From: Pelagibacteraceae bacterium AG-333-C14
GTDB lineage: Bacteria; Pseudomonadota; Alphaproteobacteria; Pelagibacterales; AG-422-B15
DNA: 64,000 nucleotides
NCBI GenBank assembly: GCA_003282485.1
Contig: QBZD01000002.1
Span: 90,852-154,851, forward strand
Direction of reading: 5' to 3'
In this document: in pieces, positions 37,572 through 46,804 of the stretch
How the letters are laid out: every line of letters starts with the position of its first letter
How positions within the stretch are numbered: the stretch's first letter is position 1
Position numbers and translations under genes: made by a program
The notes under the pieces: model-generated
What the model was told of the DNA's origin: nothing
What the model saw: only the letters and a program-made list of their open reading frames with translations
The model's database searches: none

Positions 37572-38702
37572 ATGAACTTTGACTTTTCAGATGATCAAAA
37601 GCTTTTGCGCGATCAAGCTAGAAAGTTTTTACAAGATAAATGCGACCGTAAGTCTGTAAGAAGTATCCTAGAAGATAATCAGAAAAACTATAATGCTGAT
37701 CTTTGGTCTCAAATTTCTGAATTAGGTTGGACTGGTACTGCAATACCTGAAGAATATGGAGGACTTGGTCTAGGTATGTTGGAATTGTGTGTAATAGCTG
37801 AAGAGCTAGGCAGAGCTCTTGCGCCCACACCATTTTCTTCTTCGATATATATCTTTGCTGAATTTTTAAAATCGTATGGTACGGATGAACAAAAGAAAAA
37901 ATATTTACCACACATTGCATCTGGTGAAAAAATTGGGACATTTGCTTTATCAGAAACTAATGGGAAACCAAAACCCAATAATATAAAGACACAGCATGCT
38001 TCAGGTAAATTAAATGGATCTAAAAATCCTGTTTCTGATGGAGAGTCAGCAGACTATATCATTGTTGCAGCAAATTCTGACAGTAACTCAAATTATAATT
38101 CTCTCTCTCTTTTTATTATTGATAGAAATGACACAGGCGTAAATATTTCAAGCTTAGATACTATCGATCCCACGAGACCAGCTTGCACAGTGGATTTGAA
38201 AAATGTTGCAAGTGAAAGGCTCGGCGATGAAGGAAGTGGATGGGAGATGATTGATAATATTTTTAATAGAGCAGCTGTTTTATTTTCTTTCGAGCAAGTG
38301 GGTGGGGCACAAGTCTCACTTGATGAGGCAAAAAAATATTCACTTGAGCGATTCGCTTTTGGTAAGCAGATAGGTGCGTTTCAAGCTTTAAAGCATAAGA
38401 TGGCGGATATGTATGTCAAAATTGAATTAGCAAGATCTAATGCTTATTATGGTGCCTGGGCACTAAGCACAGATTCAAATGAATTGCCTATTGCAGCTGC
38501 TGGCGCAAGGGTTAGTGCCTCGGAAGCTTACAATTACGCGTCGCAGGAAAATATTCAAATACATGGAGGTGTTGGTTTTACATGGGAATATGACTGTCAC
38601 TTGTTTTATCGAAGATCGAAACTACTTTCTTTAAATATTGGTAGTATCCGTCAGTGGAAAGAAAATTTAATTTCAAATCTTGAAAAAAGGAATATAGTTT
38701 AG
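37572..38702 (+). CDS. Acyl-CoA dehydrogenase family protein, degenerate (beta-like) member of an adjacent pair
   Basis: 376 aa with the ACAD fold (QIHGGVGFTWEYDCHLFYRRSK). Signature 1 is degenerate (ALSETNGKPKPN). There is no Glu at either the MCAD-type (C-terminal) or IVD-type (FNRAAV) catalytic position. Confidence 0.8.
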   Translation: MNFDFSDDQKLLRDQARKFLQDKCDRKSVRSILEDNQKNYNADLWSQISELGWTGTAIPEEYGGLGLGMLELCVIAEELGRALAPTPFSSSIYIFAEFLKSYGTDEQKKKYLPHIASGEKIGTFALSETNGKPKPNNIKTQHASGKLNGSKNPVSDGESADYIIVAANSDSNSNYNSLSLFIIDRNDTGVNISSLDTIDPTRPACTVDLKNVASERLGDEGSGWEMIDNIFNRAAVLFSFEQVGGAQVSLDEAKKYSLERFAFGKQIGAFQALKHKMADMYVKIELARSNAYYGAWALSTDSNELPIAAAGARVSASEAYNYASQENIQIHGGVGFTWEYDCHLFYRRSKLLSLNIGSIRQWKENLISNLEKRNIV

Positions 38703-38704
38703 TA

Positions 38705-39988
38705 ATGGATTTTAACGACACACCTCAAGAAGCTGAATTTAGAAAAAAAGTAAGATCTTTTCTAGAAGCAAATGCAGAAAAAAGATCTACTCTAGCTGCA
38801 AAGCCAAAGGGTGACTCAGGATCTTCTATTTCAAGCGCTGGAGCACCAGAAACAGTAAAAGGCGAAGATGCTGCAAAAGTAGCGCTTGACAATGCTAAAG
38901 AATGGCAAAGAAAAAAAGCTGATGCTGGATTTGCTGCTATTCTATGGCCAAAGGAATTCGGAGGTTACGGAGGAACGCCTATAGAGCAAGTTATATACGC
39001 TCAAGAAGAACACGACTATTTTGTTCACTCAGGATATTTTGAAATTGGAATAGGCATGCTCGGACCAACCATGATGGCCTGGGGTAAGGATGAGGACAAA
39101 AAAAGATTCCTTCCAAAAATGATTACAGGTGAAGAAATTTGGTGCCAATTATTTTCTGAACCCTCAGCAGGATCAGATTTAGCTGGTATAAGAATGAAGG
39201 CAGAAAAAGATGGTGATGAATGGGTATTAAATGGTCAAAAGGTTTGGACTTCAGGAGCTCATTTTGCCGATTACGGAATGATTGTAGCACGATCTGACCC
39301 CACTGCCTTAAAACATAAGGGACTTACTTATTTTTACGTTGATATGAAAACACCAGGAATTGAAGCTAAGCCTATTAAACAAATTTCTGGTTCAGCTAAT
39401 TTTAATGAAGTTTTCTTTAATGATGTTCGTATACCTGACAGTCAAAGAATTGGCGCAGAGGGTGACGGGTGGAAAGTATCACTTACTACTTTAATGAATG
39501 AAAGATTAGCGGTAGGGGATCCTCCAGGCTTAGACTTTGATCAAATTTTTGAAGCCTCTAAAGAAATTGAAGTTGAGGATGGCCTTGCAGTAAAAAATAG
39601 TGAAGTAAGACAAAAAATGGCAGACTGGTATATCCAATCGCGCGGTTTGCAATATACTAAATACAGAAGCATGACTGCTTTATCAAAAGGCCAAACGCCA
39701 GGACCAGAGCTCTCAATAAGTAAACTGGTCACAGCGTCGAAAATGCAAGATGTATCATCTTACGCACTGGATTTAATGGACATGTCAGGCATGGTTCACC
39801 AAGATCAAAATCCAATTCTTAAAAACTTATTCCAAAACGGTTATTTTTTCTCTGCTGCCATGAGAATTGCTGGTGGTACTGACGAAGTTTTAAGAAATAT
39901 TATTGCGGAGCGAGTCCTAGGGCTACCACAAGATGAAAGGTCAGATAAAAAACTGCCTTTCAATGAGTTACCGTCTGGTAAAAACTAA
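38705..39988 (+). CDS. Acyl-CoA dehydrogenase family protein, alpha-like member of the pair
   Basis: 427 aa. Signature 1 is intact (FSEPSAGSDLAG). There is a Glu at the IVD/LCAD-type position (LMNERLAVG), and IAGGTDEV stands where MCAD has YEGT. It starts 2 nt after the previous ACAD. Confidence 0.85.
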   Translation: MDFNDTPQEAEFRKKVRSFLEANAEKRSTLAAKPKGDSGSSISSAGAPETVKGEDAAKVALDNAKEWQRKKADAGFAAILWPKEFGGYGGTPIEQVIYAQEEHDYFVHSGYFEIGIGMLGPTMMAWGKDEDKKRFLPKMITGEEIWCQLFSEPSAGSDLAGIRMKAEKDGDEWVLNGQKVWTSGAHFADYGMIVARSDPTALKHKGLTYFYVDMKTPGIEAKPIKQISGSANFNEVFFNDVRIPDSQRIGAEGDGWKVSLTTLMNERLAVGDPPGLDFDQIFEASKEIEVEDGLAVKNSEVRQKMADWYIQSRGLQYTKYRSMTALSKGQTPGPELSISKLVTASKMQDVSSYALDLMDMSGMVHQDQNPILKNLFQNGYFFSAAMRIAGGTDEVLRNIIAERVLGLPQDERSDKKLPFNELPSGKN

Positions 39989-39998
39989 TATTAGTTAA

Positions 39999-40850
39999 GT
40001 GTTCAGTACAATCTTTAGCAATGTCGCATCAGGCGACTTGTTCTTTTCTATTTCTTTATTGATTGGTACAGGCATTTTTGCTGGTTTTATAGCAGGTCTT
40101 TTTGGTATTGGAGGAGGCGTCGTTGTAGTGCCCGCGCTATATTATATTTTTACTCTGGCTGAGGTAGATGAAAGTATAAGAATGCACTTAGCAGTTGGAA
40201 CATCACTTGCAAATATCGTCCCAATATCAATTATTTCTGCAGTAAGCCATGCTAGGAAGAATTCCGTAAATATAGATTTCTTAAAGTTTATATTTGTTTC
40301 AATAATTGTGGGTGTTACTTGTGGCTCTATTGCAGTGTCTTATCTAGAGGGAAGCACACTAATTTTGATTTACTCAATTATATTACTGTTTGTCGCTGCG
40401 CAGTTTTTTTTCTGGCAAGATAAATGGAGATTATCGTCTTCTTTTCCTAAGAACATGACTGGTCATGGATTCGGTTCAGTTATTGGATTTCTTTCAGTGA
40501 TCATTGGAGTAGGTGGCGGGTCAATAAGTATCCCTATACTTAAACTATATAATTTTGAAATTCACAAAGCGATTGGAACAGCAGCTGGAATTGGGACCAT
40601 AGTTGCTGTACCTGGAACAATTGGATTTATGATTGCTGGCATACAAAACAATGTCGATTTGCCCTTATCCTTTGGCTATGTAAGTCTTGTAGGTCTTGTA
40701 TTAATTACACCTATTACGATAATTGGTGCGCCGATTGGAGTTAAGTTTGCTCACTATTTATCAAAAAGTAAGTTAAATCTTCTCTTTGGAATATTTATCT
40801 TATTTATGTCGATCAGATTCTATTTAGAATGGCTATCATTAACCAGTTAA
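39999..40850 (+). CDS. TauE/SafE family sulfite/anion exporter-like membrane protein
   Basis: 283 aa with a GTG start. It has eight hydrophobic helices and the duplicated GIGGG(x)VxVP motif (GLFGIGGGVVVVPAL; IGVGGGSISIPIL). Confidence 0.8.
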   Translation: MFSTIFSNVASGDLFFSISLLIGTGIFAGFIAGLFGIGGGVVVVPALYYIFTLAEVDESIRMHLAVGTSLANIVPISIISAVSHARKNSVNIDFLKFIFVSIIVGVTCGSIAVSYLEGSTLILIYSIILLFVAAQFFFWQDKWRLSSSFPKNMTGHGFGSVIGFLSVIIGVGGGSISIPILKLYNFEIHKAIGTAAGIGTIVAVPGTIGFMIAGIQNNVDLPLSFGYVSLVGLVLITPITIIGAPIGVKFAHYLSKSKLNLLFGIFILFMSIRFYLEWLSLTS

Positions 40851-42353
40851 TGTTTGATCGTATTTGCCGACCTTACCTGTTTGGTCGAGAAGTTCATTTA
40901 TATAATTAAAGATTAGCTCAACTTCATTATTGGACTCGTAGCTTTCAATAACAATGACCAAAGACGGTTTATTGGAAGAGGCCCTCACCAGTCCCCATGA
41001 ACCATTTGTAAGTTCAAACCGAATACCATTTATTGTTGTAATTTTTTCAATATTTTGATTGCCAACTGTTTCCCCTTTTTCTTTTACTTCAGTAATTTTT
41101 TTAATAATTGATTCCACGACTTGATATTTTTCACCATCTTCACAGAAAGGAGCCATCGTTGGTGACTGAAAAGTTTTTTTAATTTCTAATTTCTTATCTG
41201 ATAGTTTTTTAGTTATGCCATTAGTTAAATATTGAAGCATTAGACAGGCAGATTTTAATCCATCATCAAAACCCAGTCCCAATGGCTTGTTAATAAAAAA
41301 ATGACCACTTTTTTCAAAACCACATAGTGCCCCAATTTCTTTCACTCTTCTTTTCATATGAGAATGTCCCGTTTTCCACATATCGATTGTACAATTATTT
41401 TCCTTTAGAATGGAACTTTCAAAATAAAGTCCAGTGGACTTCACATCGATTACAAATTTTGATTCTGGATAATCATTTGATAAGAACTCAGATAGTAATA
41501 AGCCTATTTTATCAGAAAATACCTCTTCCCCTTTATCATCGACTACACCAAGTCGGTCACCATCGCCATCAAAAGCAAAGCCTATATCAGCATTATGCTT
41601 AATGACATTTTCTGATAAGTCCTTGAGCATTACTAGGTCTTCAGGGTTTGGATTATAGTGTGGAAATCCAAAATCTAAATCACAGTGTAACTCAATAACT
41701 TCACAGCCCAATAGTTTCAATAATTCTGGCGCAAACGCTCCGGCAGTTCCATTACCACATGCAATAACAACTTTGATACCTTTTTTAATTTTTACATCTG
41801 TAGAGAGGTATTCAATGTATTCATCTTTCACCCCAGGAATAAATTGATAAACACCATTACTTTCAATCTTGGCGTTATGATTGTTATCAACAATTTTTTT
41901 AATTGAGCTTACTTCTTCAGGTCCAAAGGTGAGTGATTTTTCAATGCCACATTTAATTCCAGTCCAGCCATTTTCATTGTGACTGGCAGTTATCATGGCT
42001 AAACTATCAGAATTTAAATGGTGTTGAGCAAAATAAACCATTGGAGACACTGAAAGTCCGACGTCCATCACTTTTAAACCTGAGGATAATAAACCTTTAA
42101 CGACATGATATTTTACCTCTTCGCTGTATGATCTATAATCATGACCAACTACAATTGAAGATCCGGATCCTTTTACATCAGATATATATTGGCCTAAGCC
42201 ATAACCAAAAACCTCAAGGCCTTGTTTATTTATCTGATCTGGATAGAGCCACCTGGCATCATATTCTCTAAATCCATAAGGAGAAATACTTGCAGCTTCA
42301 TGTTCTTCATCAAAGTCAAAACTGAGGCCAGATTGTGATTTGAATATTTCCAT
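40839..42353 (-). CDS. Phosphomannomutase/phosphoglucomutase (alpha-D-phosphohexomutase)
   Basis: 504 aa. Active-site ITASHNENGWTGIK (phospho-Ser), the metal site FAFDGDGDRLGVVD, and GFEKSGH. Its 3' end overlaps the convergent TauE gene by 12 nt. Confidence 0.9.
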   Translation of the reverse strand: MEIFKSQSGLSFDFDEEHEAASISPYGFREYDARWLYPDQINKQGLEVFGYGLGQYISDVKGSGSSIVVGHDYRSYSEEVKYHVVKGLLSSGLKVMDVGLSVSPMVYFAQHHLNSDSLAMITASHNENGWTGIKCGIEKSLTFGPEEVSSIKKIVDNNHNAKIESNGVYQFIPGVKDEYIEYLSTDVKIKKGIKVVIACGNGTAGAFAPELLKLLGCEVIELHCDLDFGFPHYNPNPEDLVMLKDLSENVIKHNADIGFAFDGDGDRLGVVDDKGEEVFSDKIGLLLSEFLSNDYPESKFVIDVKSTGLYFESSILKENNCTIDMWKTGHSHMKRRVKEIGALCGFEKSGHFFINKPLGLGFDDGLKSACLMLQYLTNGITKKLSDKKLEIKKTFQSPTMAPFCEDGEKYQVVESIIKKITEVKEKGETVGNQNIEKITTINGIRFELTNGSWGLVRASSNKPSLVIVIESYESNNEVELIFNYINELLDQTGKVGKYDQTLTG

Positions 42354-42394
42354 TTTAAGTGTTGCGTATTTTTAAAGAATATAACATATTTATC

Positions 42395-42548
42395 GCGTTG
42401 GTTCACGTAAAGTGAATAACAGGGAATAAGGTTTAAATCCTTAGCTGTACCCGCAACTGTAACTCATGAGTTTGAATGCAGATGCCACTGATTTTATTGG
42501 GAAGGCGTGTTCAAGTTTAGACGGAGAAGTCAGGAGACCTACCAACAA
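42395..42548 (+). promoter_or_regulatory. Cobalamin (B12) riboswitch aptamer
   Basis: gttggttcac...AGGGAAtaaGGTttaAATCCttaGCtGtaCCCGCAACTGTAA...GCCACTG...GGGAAGGC...AGTCAGGAGACCTACCaac. All conserved cobalamin-riboswitch core blocks are present, including the B12 box. P1 closes by gttggt (42397-42402) pairing with accaac (42541-42546). It lies immediately upstream of a TonB-dependent receptor. Confidence 0.9.
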
Positions 42549-42676
42549 AGACGCTGTCATCCTCAGGTAATCGGGATAATTATTTGGACTTACAACTTTA
42601 GAGTAGTGGTGACTTAAATTAAACCGCTACGATTCATTATTATCGTTGCAAATTTTGATTGAAAGGATGACTTCGC

Positions 42677-44917
42677 ATGTCTAAATTTTTTTTAATACTA
42701 TTTTTTTATTCTTTAACTTTATCACATTCATTTGCCGATGAGCAAACAATCTGGATTACTCCCTCCGAAACTGACTATTCAAGATTATCAACTGGTTTAG
42801 CAGGGTCGAATATTACTATTATAAGTGAAGACGAAATAAAAAATGACAAAAATTCAAGTTTGCCCGAGATAATTGCTACTCATTCAGGAGTTCAATTAAG
42901 AAATCTATTTTCAAACGTGCAGTCTACAGGATCAACTTTAGATCTTAGAGGATTTGGTGAGTCTGCAAAAAATAATTCAGTTATTTTACTAAATGGACGT
43001 CGATTGAATGATATTGACATGGGAGGAGTGAACTTTTCAATGGTACCAGTTAACTCTATCAAAAGGATTGAAATTATTCGTGGTGGTTCAGCATCAACTC
43101 TATATGGAGATGGAGCTGTTGGCGGAGCAGTCAATATTGTAACTAAAAATGTTACGGACACACCAGGATTATTAAATGTAAGTACCCGATCTCATAATAC
43201 TTACAAAGAAGACCTTACCGTACCCATAAACATAAATAATAAATCAGGTTTTTTATTATCGGCCTCGCTGAACGAAAGTGACACTTATCGAGAACGTTCA
43301 GATTTTAGAGGTGAGGCTTATTTGATTAGATATAATTATAATGATGAAAATTATAATTTTTATATAGACGTAAATGATAATTCATACCGACAATTTTTAC
43401 CTGGTAGCAGATATGCGCCAAGTTTAAATGTTGCAGATACTTCGGACACTGTTAATTGCAATCTTTTATCAGATAGTAGAACTGCGTATCAAAAGGGCAC
43501 ATACTATTTACTTCCAGGTGAATGTTTAATCAGGGAACCCGACTCATCAAAGTTTGATACAATAGCAATTTCTTCAGGTATTGATCTAAAAATTGATAGT
43601 TCAACAAATCTTTATTTGAACTTCTCTAATAGAGATAAAGAACAAAAGGCTTTTACGGCAGGAGGAGCATCTACGATAGGAAACCCTACTTCAGCTGATA
43701 CCTTCAATTTTTATGAATTAGAGACTGATTATGTATCTCTTAGAACAGATCATAGGACATTTTTGGGAAATAATCTTACAACGTTGAGTGTGGGCGTTGA
43801 CCTACAAGAAACAGATTATTCAAAAAAATCAAGTCAAAGTAGATCTGATCAATACGGCGGTTTCGTTTACGCTTCGCAAGAAAGTAGGGCAATATATTCA
43901 CAAAATTCTATAAATTTAATTGATGGAAAATCAGTCTTATCTTTTGGTGCTCGTTTGGAAAATGCAGATTATAAAGTTCAAGAGTCATTTGACACAACTG
44001 TAAGTAAGTTTGCATTTAGTACGGCTCGTGATCCATATCAAACTAAAATGAATAACAGTGCTGTGAATATTGGACTTGAAAATATTTTAGATAAACAAAA
44101 AACGATATTTATTAAATATGCTGAAGCTTTTCGAACACCTGATCTCGATGCACGTAACAGTACCTGTGCGAATGCTTACTCAGCATGTTCCAATACCGGA
44201 ACTCACTTTTTTCTTAGAGATCAAACTTCAGATGAAATTGAGTTAGGATTAAGATTTAATAATGGAAAATTTAGTGCTGTTTCGAGTATCTATGAAATGA
44301 ATACATTGAATGAAATAAGATATGTTCCTTACGCAAATAATACAAATCTCGATCCAATCAAACGAAAAGGACTTAATATTGATTTTAAGTATGATCTTAA
44401 TGAGAAAATGAAAATGAATGGATCTTTTTCATATATAGATGCTCATTTCACCTCTGGGTCTTTGTCAAGAGGTATGTTTTCAGGAACATACGCATCAAAT
44501 ACAGCCACTGCAACGGAGAGAATGGATAGTAACAGAAATAACAGCGATGGAACTTATAATATTGCCGGTTTAAAAGTTCCATTAGTTGCAGAATATACTT
44601 ATGATATTGAATTAAATTATTTAATAGCAGATAAAACCAATTTTAAACTGAATATGTCTTTTGTAGATGATATGTTCGTATCTAATGATCAGGAAAATAT
44701 TGAACCTACAATTCCTAATTACTATCTTTTCGATGTGAGCTTAAATTCTGAAAATGAATTTGGTAAATGGTCAATTGGAGTAGATAATATGTTTAATACA
44801 AGTTATTATACTTTTGCTGTTGCAAGTAGTACTCATGCCGACACTTCTTATGGAAGACAAAATATGTATCCGTTGGAGAGAAGGAGTATTTTCTTTGATT
44901 ATGCATATGAATTTTAA
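42677..44917 (+). CDS. btuB: TonB-dependent outer-membrane receptor, BtuB-like (cobalamin riboswitch-controlled)
   Basis: 746 aa. Signal peptide ...SHSFA|DEQ, TonB-box-like TIWITPSE, plug domain (DLRGFG...ILLNGRRLND...IEIIRGGSASTLYGDGAVGGAVNIVTK), a long beta-barrel and a C-terminal aromatic ...YAYEF. The B12 assignment rests on the riboswitch. Confidence 0.8.
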   Translation: MSKFFLILFFYSLTLSHSFADEQTIWITPSETDYSRLSTGLAGSNITIISEDEIKNDKNSSLPEIIATHSGVQLRNLFSNVQSTGSTLDLRGFGESAKNNSVILLNGRRLNDIDMGGVNFSMVPVNSIKRIEIIRGGSASTLYGDGAVGGAVNIVTKNVTDTPGLLNVSTRSHNTYKEDLTVPININNKSGFLLSASLNESDTYRERSDFRGEAYLIRYNYNDENYNFYIDVNDNSYRQFLPGSRYAPSLNVADTSDTVNCNLLSDSRTAYQKGTYYLLPGECLIREPDSSKFDTIAISSGIDLKIDSSTNLYLNFSNRDKEQKAFTAGGASTIGNPTSADTFNFYELETDYVSLRTDHRTFLGNNLTTLSVGVDLQETDYSKKSSQSRSDQYGGFVYASQESRAIYSQNSINLIDGKSVLSFGARLENADYKVQESFDTTVSKFAFSTARDPYQTKMNNSAVNIGLENILDKQKTIFIKYAEAFRTPDLDARNSTCANAYSACSNTGTHFFLRDQTSDEIELGLRFNNGKFSAVSSIYEMNTLNEIRYVPYANNTNLDPIKRKGLNIDFKYDLNEKMKMNGSFSYIDAHFTSGSLSRGMFSGTYASNTATATERMDSNRNNSDGTYNIAGLKVPLVAEYTYDIELNYLIADKTNFKLNMSFVDDMFVSNDQENIEPTIPNYYLFDVSLNSENEFGKWSIGVDNMFNTSYYTFAVASSTHADTSYGRQNMYPLERRSIFFDYAYEF

Positions 44918-44974
44918 AATTTTTTTTAATAAAATTATATTGATATTAGTAAGTTGATAGGTATCTTTGGTAAT

Positions 44975-45493
44975 ATGGAGTCTAGAAAAAGTCATTATTT
45001 AAGTATTTTAGGATTAATTGTCCTTCTAGCTTCTGCTAGACTATTGCCTCATCCACCCAACTTTACTCCAATTCTTGGTATGGCTGTGTTTTCAGGGGCA
45101 ATTATTAACCAAAGATTATTAGCTTATTTAACTCCTTTAGCTGCTATGTTGTTAAGTGATTTATATTTAGGTTTTCATGCTAGTATGCCCATTATTTATT
45201 TCACTTTAGCAATCTGCGTTTTGATTGGCACGTTCATTTCTAAAAGAGTGTCTATTTTGAATTCTTTTTTAAGCATTAATTTAGGAGTATTAGTATTTTT
45301 TTTAATTACAAACTTCGCAGTTTGGTATGGATCAGGAATGTATGAATTTAATATATCAGGTTTAATGACTTGCTATTTTATGGCAATACCCTTTGTACAA
45401 AATACACTTATTTCAGGTCTTATATATGGAATGGGTGCATTTTTAATTTACGACATTATTAATAAACGTATAATTTTTGGCAATAATGCTTAA
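44975..45493 (+). CDS. Small 5-6 TM membrane protein, DUF6580 / ECF-S-component-like putative transporter
   Basis: 172 aa from the ATG at 44975 (the track uses a TTG at 44954). The RLLPHPPNFTPILGMAVFSGA motif matches my memory of the DUF6580 'putative transport protein' family. It lies 36-57 nt downstream of btuB on the same strand. Confidence 0.6.
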   Translation: MESRKSHYLSILGLIVLLASARLLPHPPNFTPILGMAVFSGAIINQRLLAYLTPLAAMLLSDLYLGFHASMPIIYFTLAICVLIGTFISKRVSILNSFLSINLGVLVFFLITNFAVWYGSGMYEFNISGLMTCYFMAIPFVQNTLISGLIYGMGAFLIYDIINKRIIFGNNA

Positions 45494-45560
45494 AAAATAG
45501 AGTTGAAATCAGTATTTTAAGGCATTATATATTTTCTAAATTTAAATATTAGGTGATTCC

Positions 45561-46763
45561 ATGGATACAGCATTTTCAAGTGAAGATTTAAAATTTCAAT
45601 CAGACGTCAGAGAATTTATTTCAAACAATTATCCAAAAGAGCTTAAAGACTCAATTGGTTCAAAAAGAAAAACAGGAAAAGAGTTATCTCGCGATGACCT
45701 AATGTCTTGGCATAAAATTTTAGGTAAACACAATGGCTGGTCAGCTCCTGGGTGGCCTAAACAGTATGGGGGAGCAGAATTTTCTCCAACACAAAAATAT
45801 ATATTTGAGCAAGAGTGTGCTCGAGCTGAATGTCAATACATAATGCCTTTTGGTGTTAATATGGTAGGCCCTGTGATCTATACATTTGGCAATGATGAAC
45901 AAAAAGCAAAACATCTTCCTGGAATTTTAAGTGGCGATGTATTTTGGTGCCAGGGATATTCAGAGCCAGGGTCGGGTTCTGATTTAGCTTCTCTTAAAAC
46001 AAGTGCAGTCAAAGAGGGTGATCATTATATTGTTAATGGACAAAAAACTTGGACTACTCTTGCTCAGTATGCAGATTGGATTTTTTGCCTAGTTAGAACA
46101 AACCCAGAAGCAGCAAAACCTCAGCAAGGAATTTCATTTCTTTTGATTGATATGAAAACTCCAGGCATTACTGTTCGCCCAATAAAGCTTATGGACGGAT
46201 CTCACGAAGTTAACGAAACTTGGTTTGATAATGTAAAGGTACCAGTTGAGAATCTCATTGGACAAGAAAATATGGGCTGGACTTATGCAAAATTTTTATT
46301 AGCTCATGAAAGATCTGGTATTGCTGGTGTCGCTAGGTCTAAAAAAGCTTTAGAAAGAATCAAGCAAATTGCTAGTGCTGAGATGTCTTATGGTGAGCCA
46401 TTAATACAAGATCCAGCATTTAAATCTAAAATAGCAAATGCTGAACTTGAATTAAATTCCCTAGAATATACTGAACTTAGAACATTGGCTAAGGACTCAG
46501 CAGGAAAAGGTCCTGGTCCAGAGTCTTCGCTTTTGAAAATTAAGGGCACTGATATTCAACAGATGGTCACCGAACTTGCGATGGAAGCCGTTGGATATTA
46601 TGCAAACCCGCATTTGGGCACTACATTAAGTAATGAATATGTAGGACCAGATTATGCAACTAATTTATCAGGGTCATACTTTAATTTCAGAAAAGCATCT
46701 ATTTATGGTGGCTCAAACGAAATTCAGAGAAACATAATCGCTAAGATGGTCCTAGGATTATAA
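45561..46763 (+). CDS. Acyl-CoA dehydrogenase family protein, alpha-like member of second pair
   Basis: 400 aa. Signature 1 is intact (GYSEPGSGSDLAS). There is an IVD-type Glu (LLAHERSGIAG), and IYGGSNEIQRNIIA stands where MCAD has YEGT. Confidence 0.85.
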   Translation: MDTAFSSEDLKFQSDVREFISNNYPKELKDSIGSKRKTGKELSRDDLMSWHKILGKHNGWSAPGWPKQYGGAEFSPTQKYIFEQECARAECQYIMPFGVNMVGPVIYTFGNDEQKAKHLPGILSGDVFWCQGYSEPGSGSDLASLKTSAVKEGDHYIVNGQKTWTTLAQYADWIFCLVRTNPEAAKPQQGISFLLIDMKTPGITVRPIKLMDGSHEVNETWFDNVKVPVENLIGQENMGWTYAKFLLAHERSGIAGVARSKKALERIKQIASAEMSYGEPLIQDPAFKSKIANAELELNSLEYTELRTLAKDSAGKGPGPESSLLKIKGTDIQQMVTELAMEAVGYYANPHLGTTLSNEYVGPDYATNLSGSYFNFRKASIYGGSNEIQRNIIAKMVLGL

Positions 46764-46804
46764 AATTTTTGACATTTTAGTCTGCAATATATAGGACTAC
46801 TCAC

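Noticed and set aside
42626-42649. A hairpin, gctacgat-tcattatt-atcgttgc, in the riboswitch expression platform could be a transcription terminator.
   Set aside because: The stem has an internal mismatch and is AT-rich. It is followed by aaatttt rather than a clean U-run. The SD-sequestering helix (42556-42563 with 42664-42671) is the better-supported mechanism.
42354-45560. The riboswitch-btuB-permease locus could be a horizontally acquired island inserted between the two ACAD pairs.
   Set aside because: I could see no flanking direct repeats, tRNA, integrase or transposase remnants. Base composition and codon style look the same as in neighbouring genes by eye. Testing this needs comparative genomics.
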